Assembly: GCF_031769215.1 (NCBI RefSeq)
Contig: NW_026782140.1
Coordinates: 186,001-250,000, forward strand
Length of the DNA: 64,000 nt
Source of the DNA: Ylistrum balloti
Taxonomy: Eukaryota
Direction of reading: 5' to 3'
A program made the position numbers and the translations under genes. Positions 14,301-26,300 of this stretch are shown one piece after another. Position 1 is the stretch's first letter; each line of letters begins with the position of its first letter. A model generated the notes under the pieces. The model was not told the DNA's origin, made no database searches, and saw nothing but the letters and a program-made list of their open reading frames with translations.

Positions 14301-17300
14301 ATGTTTGACCTTTACCATATCATGTTTACCTTAACCGTATGATGTTTGACCTTTACCATATGATGTTAACCTTTACTGTATCATGTTTAACCTTTACTGT
14401 AGGATGTTTGACCTTTACTGTAGGATGTTTGACCTTTACTGTATCATGTTTGACCTTTACTGTTGGATGTTTGACATTTACCATATAATGTTTGACCTTC
14501 ACCTAGTGTTAACCTAGGACCATTGTGATGGGACTCTGAAAGCTATATCAAGTTGTGTGTCATACCATCTTAACTATTTTTACTTTAGGTTCACATGTAC
14601 AAAGATGAGGATATGAAGCTATCAGCTAATGAGAAGTGTTGTGGATTGGAGACAATTTCAAACAACCTGGAATGTTGTAACTATATAGGCTACAACCCAT
14701 TAACACACATCTGTGCTGATTCATCCAATCAAGAGCCAGGTAAATGATTTCATAATTCATACTAAATACTATATGCTTTACTATTTACTTAAAAAAGTTG
14801 CCACTGTGTACACGGTAAAGAATTGTGACCAATGAAATCAGTCCTATCAACTAATGATTTGGTCTGTGTATCTCTGTCATTATGTTCTTATGTAGAATAC
14901 CACTAAGCCTTACATTGCCTAAATGATGTAATAAGTATATAAATAGTGATTGGTTTCATATACTCTTCATTTTATCTTATTTCTTACCCTACCAAATATT
15001 TTATCTGGAGTATCAGGAAAGAAAATTGAATGTTAATCCTATGCTTTTAATTGATGATATTATATATGCTAATTTAATATGTATGACACATGCTTGTGGG
15101 ATAGGTTGGTTAAAGACATGTATAATTTGGTATCTGGTTTTTAAGGATGTGGACAAGGAACCATATGCCCACTGTCTGTCCAGGACTTTGCCTTTTGTGA
15201 TGTCTGTAATTTTGACAAAGGATCGAAAATTTGTGGATCTGTCTCTGGTTATCAAGGAAATGACCACTTTCCTAATCCGACCGCTGACCCCACCGCAGAC
15301 TGTATAGCTACAGAGGAGAGAATATTTTCAGGCATGGAAATGACTTATACAGGTATAAAGATTAATTAAGTCTTACAATAAAGCATGGTAAATTGGAAGA
15401 TCTTCAAGGGAAATTGAAGTCAATTCTTCAACAGTAATTTTCTGAATATTTTGTTCTTTTGTTTTAAATCTTTTTCAAATTTAGTTGTATGCTGCCAAAG
15501 TTTGAAACTATATTTTGTGGGTGAGGAAAACAATGTCAGTTTAGTGACAAATGGATGTGATATGTTTTTATACCAGACTCTTCATATCCTTTGTACAATT
15601 AATATTTATAAATGACAGATGATGAGCTGACTCCCTACTCCACATAATGCATGTTTTTATACCAGACTCTTCATATCCTTTGTACAATTAATATCTATAA
15701 ATGACAGATGATGAGCTGACTCCCTACTCCACATAATGCATGTTTTTATACCAGACTCTTCATATCCTTTGTACAATTAATATCTATAAATGACAGATGA
15801 TGAGCTGACTCCCTACTCCACATAATGCATGTTTTTATACCAGACTCTTCATATCCTTTGTACAATTAATATCTATAAATGACAGATGATGAGCTGACTC
15901 CCTACTCCACATAATGCATGTTTTTATACCAGACTCTTCATATCCTTTGTACAATTAATATCTATAAATGACAGATGATGAGCTGACTCCCTACTCCACA
16001 TAATGCATGTTTTTATACCAGACTCTTCATATCCTTTGTACAATTAATATCTATAAATGACAGATGATGAGCTGACTCCCTACTCCACATAATGCATGTT
16101 TTTATACCAGACTCTTCATATCCTTTGTACAATTAATATTTATAAATGACAGATGATGAGCTGACTCCCTACTCCACATATGGCTATGCTTTTGCTGCTG
16201 TCAATAGCGCTGGAGGCTCGACTAGTAGTTATACCAAGGTCATGACCTTACAGGCTCCTCCAGGCAAGGTGGACTCGCCCAAGGTCAACATTGATCCCTC
16301 ACAACTTTACGTCATCGACCTGAGCTGGAAACTGCCACAAAATCCAAATGGTTAGTTAAACGATGGGGTACAGATATCTCATATCCCTGTAACTGACATG
16401 GAACCTAAGAAACTGCCACAAAATCCAAATGGTTAGTTAAACGATGGGGTACAAATATCTCATATCCCTGTAACTGACATGGAACCTAAGTAATTCATTT
16501 ATTAAGATTCAGATTGTGACTACAGTGCAGTACTCAAATACCACTCTCACTGTAATTGTCAAACATAAACAACAACAGAACTTTACAGCAATTAAAGTAG
16601 GCTTTGGTATTAATTGTATAATTCAACAAAGATGTGACAAGAATAAAATAAACAATTTCAAGAAAATTTCATTGCTATAAGATAATAGATTAGACAGCAG
16701 TCAAAGCTTATATAAGTCTCTCCTTATGCGACAAGCAGCGTTACAAACAATATGAAGTAAATCTCAGTTTATGGTTTTGATATTGTTATTCCAAGCTGAG
16801 TAAAGTAAATAAAGGATGATTTGTTACTTTTCAAAATAAATGTTTTAAATTTATTTTCATATGCCATTGAAAAAAGATACAGATATTGCTAAGACCAAAA
16901 ACAATAATGCTACACAAGGGCATTTTGAAATGAGTTAGAACATCCCATTTATATACATATAATGCAGAAAAGAAACTTTTGGTTGCCAATACTGAACAGA
17001 AGATGTTGATTGTCATATCAGAATATTAAGACAAAAGTAAAATTTTCTCCTGATGTCTTTTAAATGAAATATGAAAATCAGAATAATTTATATTTCCAAC
17101 ACACATTTATGTAATGAATACCAGAAACAGTAGATATACATAGATACAAACTACAACTCCAGTGTTACGTAAACTTATTTCACGTGCTGTGGTCATGCTT
17201 TGTTACAGGTGTGATAACACGGTACATGCTGACACGTGACGGTATAGAGCTATACCGTGGTCTAGCCCAGCAGTATACTGATGACACAACTGTTCTACCC

Positions 17301-20300
17301 TATAGGTCCTACACCTATATCCTTACAGCCTGTAATACTGCAGGTTGTACAGCAAGTGACAAGGTCAGTCCTAAACATTGCTACAAATATATGGTTGTGA
17401 ACAATGCATAGGGAGTATCTAAAGCCAGGAAAAAAAATACTTAGTATAGAATCGTGAAAATGATTGAATTTCTGCTTGACAAGGTCCTCCAACAGAATAT
17501 TTTCATACCAATTTGAACAATGATCTTATCAAAAGAGGACACAAAGTTCTAACCAAGTCCTTCTGTTTTACTTATAGATATATCAATATCTTTTATCTTT
17601 AAACCGTTTTATTGTCCATTGTGTATACCTATCAGAATTGGAAAGTTTAGCTACAATAGACTCTTCTTCATCAGCTGTTTACAGCAGTCCTGTAACAAAA
17701 TCAACAAGGACAGTTTTCCACCAATCTGTATGATAAGTGTGATATAAATTTTTGTGTGATAAATTTTCCATTTCCAGATGGTATCACCCCTACTTCCTCC
17801 ATCTGGTGTTTACATGTCGCAGTAGATTCAATATTCAAGGACTTGTTCCCAATATCATGATTTCAATGCAAGTTGTTGACAGCTGACAGATAAACTGATA
17901 ACACTGGATTGTTGAAATTGTGACGTTAAATGGTTTTCACAATGATCTTGTTTAGAAATATTCTTTTTCCCTGTTCATTGTGAAGTTGGATGTGACTGAT
18001 GCTTGTTTATATGCCTAGTTATTCCATTGTTTCTAACCTTTTTAAAATTGGGTAAGGTGACATTACTTCTTTAGCTTGACCAAGATTTACTAGGATGAAG
18101 TAGAAGATGCTTACCCTTTCAGAACACATGGTCCTTCTTGTACATTTTGCAGGGTCTGAGTGTAAATCCCTCTTTTGGTCATATTTTATCTCGTTTCATT
18201 GAATTTGAGCGGGTGTATTTTCTTAAATGTTTCGTAACAGCAAAGATTGTACAGTGGGTGACTATGTCAATATGTTTCATGTTGCAGATTGTCTGGTACA
18301 AAGCTTCATTACCTACATGTAGTAAGTTCATTCCTTTTCATTTCACTAAAAATCCTTATTGTTGACAGGTTACTGTTGCAACAGCAGAAGGGAAGCCAGA
18401 AGATGTCCTGCCACCGAATGTCAATGTGCTAAGTTCTTCATCTCTGGAGGTGACATGGTCACCTCCAGTTAAACCAAACGGCATCATATCTCATTACACA
18501 GTCAAATTTGAAATGGAGGATGGTTACACCTGGTCAAATACCACCTTGGGAGTATCTCTGGTAGTCACAGGTAAAACACATGACAGAGTATTGGTAGGGC
18601 AGGGGACAGCCATCTGTCAACATGCACTTTATCATTTATAAAATATTTACAGATTTCGTTGTACAACAATACTAAGAGTTAGTGATGTTGAGAAGCTGGA
18701 CTTAACGATTTACATTTAGCTCATTTTCTCCTTCAGTACAGTCCTATTCCAAACAAACCTGCAATACATTGTAGTGTATGGAAATCATGAGCCATAAAAT
18801 AGATTACAAGGGTTGTATTAATTTTATTTTTTTGTGTGTGATTGTATTTGAATGTGATTGTATTTAATTGTGTTGTATGTAATTGTATTTATTTAATCGT
18901 TTTGTATGTTATTGTATTTATTTTATCGTTTTGTATGTGATTGTATTTAATTGTTTTGTATTGTTTTGTATGTGATTGTATTTAATTGTTTTGTATGTGA
19001 TTGTATTTAATTGTTTTGTATGTGATTGTATTTATTTAATTGTTTTGTATGTGATTGTATTTAATTGTTTTGAATGTGATTGTAATTAATTGTTTTGTAT
19101 GTGATTGTATTTAATTGTTTTGTATGTGATTGTATTTATTTAATTGTTTTGTATGTGATTGTATTTAATTGTTTTGTATGTGATTGTATTTATTTAATTG
19201 TTTTGTATGTGATTGTATTTAATTGTTTTGTATGTGATTGTATTTATTTAGTTGTTTTGTATGTGATTGTATTTATTTAATTGTTTTGAATGTGATTGTA
19301 TTTATTTGCTTTGTATGTGATTGTATTTATTTAATTGTTTTGTATGTGATTGTATTTAATTGTTTTGTATGTGATTGTATTTATTTAATTGTTTTGTATG
19401 TGATTGTATTTAATTGTTTTGTATGTGATTGTATTTATTTAATTGTTTTGTATGTGATTGTATTTATTTAATTGTTTTGTATGTGATTGTATTTAATTGT
19501 TTTGTATGTGATTGTATTTATTTAATTGTTTTGAATGTGATTGTATTTAATTGTTTTGTATGTGATTGTATTTATTTAATTGTTTTGTATGTGATTGTAT
19601 TTATTTAATTGTTTTGTATGTGGTTGTATTTATTTAATTGTTTTGAATGTGATTGTATTTAATTGTTTTGTATGTGATTGTATTTATTTAATTGTTTTGT
19701 ATGTGATTGTATTTAATTGTTTTGTATGTGATTGTATTTAATTGTTTAGTATGTGATTGTATTTAATTGTTTTGTATGTGATTGTATTTAATTGTTTTGT
19801 ATGTGATTGTATTTATTTAATTGTTTTGTATGTGATTGTATTTATTTAATTGTTTTGAATGTGATTGTATTTATTTATTAATTTAATGCAATATTTAAAT
19901 TAGTTTTGAGAATTTAAGAATTTACCAAATTTCATTTAATATTATTTACAGCCCAGATTATTGAAAATAATTTGGAAATTTGGTTGGTTGGTGAAGGGAT
20001 GTGAGTGGGTCAAAGATGAAAAATGCAGTTGCAATTTGATTTAGAATAACTATACTAACGCATCAGATAGCCCAGAGGAACTTATAATTGTGATCATTCT
20101 TGTTTTCAGTGATTCACTAGAACCCTTTACACTAGCAGGTTCCTCAAAGGTCAAGCTCTCTTTTCCTTCAAATGTAGCAAGCCATTTGGGTGGTACAGGT
20201 TCTCAATAGGATTTCCATATTTCTAGTTGTCAGAGTAAAGGAATAGTACAGTGTATCTCTATTTCAGGTTTGACACCGTACACCCAATACAGTGTAACCC

Positions 20301-23300
20301 TAGAGGTGTGTACCCAGGGAGGATGTACAATCAGCTCAACAGTTCTCTCACGCACGCTTGAGGATCTGCCAAAGGGTAGGTGTTGTTCTTTTCAAAACTG
20401 TCTCTGTACTCTTAAAATTATCATAGCCTTTATTAATTTTAGAATTCATAATAGAGTTGGTAAAATATATATCGAGATGAAATTATGCTGTCAAAGTCTT
20501 GAATTCTTTTCAGAAGAGAAATATATAGCATTAAGACTCCGATAAGTCAAGGTTGACAAGGTCAAATGAAATTAACAATACACTGAAGCTATAGTATATT
20601 TCCTTGTTGAGTAACTTTCTTATGAAAAACCCACAAATATTGCTTGGTCCCCTAGGCTTGTGATAGAATGTTCCTTTCTCATTAGACAAAATACTGTTGT
20701 TATACCATGTGGTAGACCAAGAATCTAGAAACACATCGTAATCAAAACACGAAATACCCAAATAAGTCTTAAAATGATATATATAGATACATAAGGAAAA
20801 ATTAAAACCTGTGTATAATGTATAACCAAGTAAGTTGTATGTACGTATGTCTTACATTTCCAGGTGTCATACCTCCTCGAATAGTTGTACTTAGTTCAAA
20901 GTCAACACTTGTTTTCTGGAATTCTCCGAGGTATCCCAACGGTATAGTCAAGTTCTACTCCATAATGAGGAGATGGGCTACAGGGGCTATGTACATCTAC
21001 TTTGGGCCAGGGCTGTTTACAACAGATGACTTCCTGGTGCCAGGAGAGACATACGACTACTTCCTCATCACTGGTAATAATGCTGGTAATACAAGCAGCC
21101 ACCCAACAACACTGACCATGCCACCCACAGCTCTGGTTAATGTTCCAGCAGCAAGGGAGGTAACTGTGCTGAGTGCCACCAGTGTGTATATAGCCTGGGA
21201 TCCCATTGTGTCTGGACAGATCCCAATTGACCAATACAGAGTCTTGTTGAATGCTGGTCAGGACTCAGAGGTGGACAAGGGAGTGGGTCTTGATCTTTCA
21301 ACCACAGTGACTGGGTTGAAACCAAACTTTGAATACCAGGTTCGTGTGACTGCCTGTTTGGAGGGTGTATCTAATGGCTGTGCCACTGGACCAGGTGTAA
21401 TAGTCCACACCCTTGAGGCACCCCCGGAGAACCTGGCCCCACCACGTCTCAAGGCCACTGCCCCAAATGTAGTTGATGTGTCATGGACTTCACCTCAACA
21501 ACCCAATGGTGTGATCACACAGTACCTAATATACTATAGAGAGGCTGATACAACCGTGGAACTCCTCATTAACAGGGTCATGGGTGATGTGACAACCATA
21601 CGACATGCTGGTCAAGACCTCCAACCCTACACAAACTATGAGTACAAAGTGGTGGCTGGAAATTCTCAAGGAGATGTGTCTAGCACCTGGACCATGGTGA
21701 GAACATTGGAAAGTATCCCAGCAGGATTGACCAAGCCCTTTATCAACACCACTGGAGCTTTTAGCTTCCATATATCCTGGCAACCCCCGGATTATCCGAA
21801 TGGAGTTATCACTATGTATACCATACACTATCGCTTTCTCACCAATGACCCCACACAAGAGGCACCTCTTCAAATGGTTCAGGTTTCAGCAAATACACTC
21901 ACAACATCTGTAAGTGGACTAGAACCCTTCTCCAACTATCATGTCCACATGTTGGCCTACAACAACGTGGGGAATACCTCCTCAGACAAGGTATTGGTGC
22001 AGACTGCCCAGTCATCACCCTCAGGGCTGGCAGCATTTGTGGTGGAAAAGATCAGTACAGGGACATCAGTTATACTGAAATGGGATGTCCCAGGCAAGCC
22101 CAATGGAGTCATATCTATCTACAACATTTATGAAGTAGGATCTTCTATTGCTTTATACAAAGGTCTCAATAGGGAATTTGAATTTCGTCGACTTCAGCCC
22201 TACACAGACTACCATGTCCAGATGGAGGCATGTACAGTGGCAGGATGTACCAAGGGTCCTCCATACACCTTCACTACCGCTGAGACCCCACCTGCTGACC
22301 AGTCTGTACCTGTCATTGGAAATATTACATCTTCAAGTGTGGTCATAGTTTGGACAAAACCAGTCAGTCCTAATGGTAAGATTTCCATGTATGAGGTCTT
22401 GAAACGATCGCAGATTCGAGTTGTCCGTCGAAGTCTGTCTGCCCCCGAGGTAGTTTACACAACAACGAACACAGAGCGAGACAGCTATCAGTATGTTGAC
22501 CGAGATTTGTGGCCCTTCACAGAGTATCAGTACAGTATTCGTGCCAGTAATTCAAAGGGCTTCATTCAAAGTCCCTGGGCATCTGTGTTCACTACACAGG
22601 CTGCCCCTGAGTGGCTAGCCCCACCAACGGTCTCCTACATCAGTGGTCACCAGGACAGCCTCAACATCAAGTGGGTGCCGCCTTCCCAGCCAAATGGGAT
22701 CCTTCAGAGTTACCAGCTACAGAGAAACAGTAGTGTCCCTCTCAGTTTCACTGTCTTTGACCCTATGGAGTTCAATGACACTGGCCTGCTGGCCTTTACA
22801 TGGTACAGCTACAGAGTTACAGCGTGTACAGCAGGGGGCTGTACCACCAGTGATGCCTCTCACTTTCGCACTAAGGAAACAGCACCACTGTTGGTCTCCC
22901 CACCCACCATCAACACATGGAACTCCACCACGCTCAGACTGGAGTGGCAGAGTCCACTTAGTACGAATGGTGAGATCAGCCTGTTTAATCTCCAGATGGA
23001 CAATATTGTGATATATTCTGGATTAGAGACCGTTCATATTCAGACAGGATTAACACCATACACAGAGTATTCTTTTGTACTGACTGCATGTACAAGTGGA
23101 GGATGCACTGACAGTGGTGAGGTCAAAGGTCGACCTGATGATGACATACCATTAGGTCTGAATGCCCCAGTGCTCAAGGTCATAAGTTCTAAATCTATAG
23201 AGGTAACATGGGGACCTCCACAATTCCCTAATGGTATAATCAGCTCCTATGACCTTCGGAGAGACGGAGAACTGATCTATACAGAAAGCATTAGTGTGAC

Positions 23301-26300
23301 CGGGTTGTTAAGAACCAGCTTTGTTGACTACAACCTAGAGCCTGGTACAGAATACTCATACGTCATTATCGCTCGCAACAGAAAAGGGAGTGTCGAAAGT
23401 CTGGTCTCCAAGGCAACCACATACTCCGCATCACCAAGTGGTCTTGACCCACCAGTCCTAATGGCTCTCTCATCAACTTCTGTCCAGGTTACATGGCAGC
23501 CACCTGTACAACCCAATGGACCTATCAGAAACTATACAGTGTTTGAAAACAATAATGTTGTATTCTCTGCTGGTCCAGAAATCCTTAGCTACATTGTGCC
23601 CGGTTTAGAGTTTTGGACTGACTATTCCTTTAGGGTAAAGGCCTGTACTGATCGAGGTTGTGAATTGAGTGGTGTAACCACTGTCCGCACCCTTGAGGCC
23701 CCACCTGAGGAACAAATGCCCCCAAAACTGCTGGCCTTAGCAGATCAAGATGGGGCCCATGCAGGAGTACTCATAAATTGGGAGCCCCCACTGAAACCCA
23801 ATGGAATTGTTGTATCTTACGAAGTGTACAGGCGACAGGTGATCAGTGAGTTAACAGGTAAATACAGAAATAACAATCACCAGTAAAAATGTAGTCATCA
23901 CGTTTTCCCAATTCAAATTCAGATCCATAATTCAAGAAAATAATAATGATATGTTGAATGTTTTTTAATTCTATCATGACAATGTGTTTAAAACATATGA
24001 AAGTTATGGTAATAAGGATAATGGTAAACAGTCCTCCTCTAAATACATAAACTTATTGTCATTGTCAGGATTCTTGACACTAGTATCTAGTAACCATTAC
24101 CAGCAATTTCAGTTCATATCCTTTACATTCATTTTGAAAATGAATTATGCATGTTAAACCAGTAAGTCAATAGAGCTGATGTACAAACATGTTAATTAGC
24201 AGATATTAATCAAAGTGATATATAAAGTAAGATTTGGTATTGCAGGTACCTCATATGGTACAATAGCCATGGTGTACAACTCAAGCCAGCTGAGGTACTC
24301 AGACCTCGCTGACACACTAATGGCCTTCACCGAATACCAGTATATGGTCACAGTGGTCAATCGTGCAGGCAAAGTCAGCAGTGTATGGACTGTGGTCACC
24401 ACCAAAGAGGGACCTCCACAGGGCCTCAAACCACCTATAATTAATGTAAGTACATGTCACATTAGTTTGCCAGGATCTTGTCTACACACCCCTAGGTACA
24501 CATGCTATCTCATTTTGTTTCCTTTCTGAATGTAGTTAAGATGGTTTCCTTTTTAAATTCAAGTTATGAAACAAAAATGTTTGCCCTATTTAAGGTTGTC
24601 GGTTATTCAATTTTAGACAGTTTGAAATGTTTTTCCTGAAACTTTTCAAAGTCACTCAAATCTAATATGAGATGTACATGTCATGTCCTGTATAATTGTA
24701 CTGAATTGTTTCGTTGCATTACCTAAAATGTTTATCCTACAACCTACAAGCTTTTTCACATGGCTATATATAGAACCATTTCAAAAATTCAAGATAATGT
24801 TAGTTTAAGACAGATTTATTATGTGACTGTTGTCGCAGCATTATTAGTAAAGGGATTCAACATGTAGATTTCATTCAGGATTCAACATGTAGATTTCGTT
24901 CAGGATACAACATGTAGATTTCACTCAGGATTCAACATGTGGATTTCGTTCAGGATTCAACATGTAGATTTCGTTCAGGATTCAACATGTAGATTTCACT
25001 CAGGATTCAACATGTAGATTTCGTTCAGGATTCAACATGTAGATTTCGTTCAGGATTCAACATGTAGATTTCGTTCAGGATTCAACATGTAGATTTCGTT
25101 CAGGATTCAACATGTAGATTTCGTTCAGGATTCAACATGTAGATTTCGTTCAGGATTCAACATGTAGATTTCGTTCAGGATTCAACATGTAGATTTCGTT
25201 CAGGATTCAACATGTAGATTTCGTTCAGGATTCAACATGTAGATTTCATTCAGTGGAAACTGATGTTTAGATTGAAGTAAATAATTTAAGATGTATGTAA
25301 ACAGTTGTACTAAAGTATATATTGGTGTCTTATAGTCTACCACAGCCACCAGTATAACAGTGACCATCATACCTCCCACAAGGCCTAATGGAGTGATCCG
25401 TTACTACGCTGTCTTAGTCAACAGTACCTTGGTAAGTTTGTACTATTATCACTCCATTGTTCTGTAATAAATCTGTACATAATGTATAAAATAAGAATTA
25501 CTTGTACAGAATGATATATAAGATATACTGTATTTCATTGCTTACAATATCTGTTTTTATTTATGTTTTTACACAGTAGATCAGTAGATATATTGTCACC
25601 CACCTAAGGTAGTTTATCATTTAAAATAACATAACCAACTTCATTTTGCTAAGTCAGGTGTAGTCACGCACCCCCTATCTCTCATTATTACAAATCTAAT
25701 ATAATTTTGGGCTGAAGTAAATGAAATTTCACTTTATAGTAAATTAGATTTTTTGACTTCAGGGAAGCAGTAGCCAGACCCTGATACAGACTGTGGGGGA
25801 AAATATGGCCCTGATGCCCTTCACCATGTATGCCTTACAGTCCCAGGTCTGTACTGGAGGAGGCTGCGCCACCAGTGGGCCAATCATAGCCAAGACAGGG
25901 GCTGCCAAACCCACAGGTCTAAGAGCTATCAAAGTGATGGATACCAACAGCTCCACTATTAGGCTTGGCTGGTCATACCCAACAAGTCCAAATGGTGCTA
26001 TCATCAGGTATGTCTCACTACACCTATCATACTGTTATCAGGTTCCTTAATAGCCACTCCAGATGGGGCCATCTAATGATATGCCATAGCTTGCCTCTTT
26101 CAGTCCAGTATTATGATCAACATGAATTTTCTGCCTCAGCATCTTTTCTATTTTTATACCTTTTGTATACATTTTATTGTCATTTATTCTTTAATAATCA
26201 CATATACTTGACATTTTTCTACTTCTTAACATTTATCTTTTATCTCCCTTTGTAAGCCTATTTCTGTTATTGTAACAGATTCCTGATCTACCAACGGAGG

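Noticed and set aside
20902-23516. Several antisense and alternate-frame ORFs within the giant exon
   Set aside because: Expected shadows of a long coding exon.
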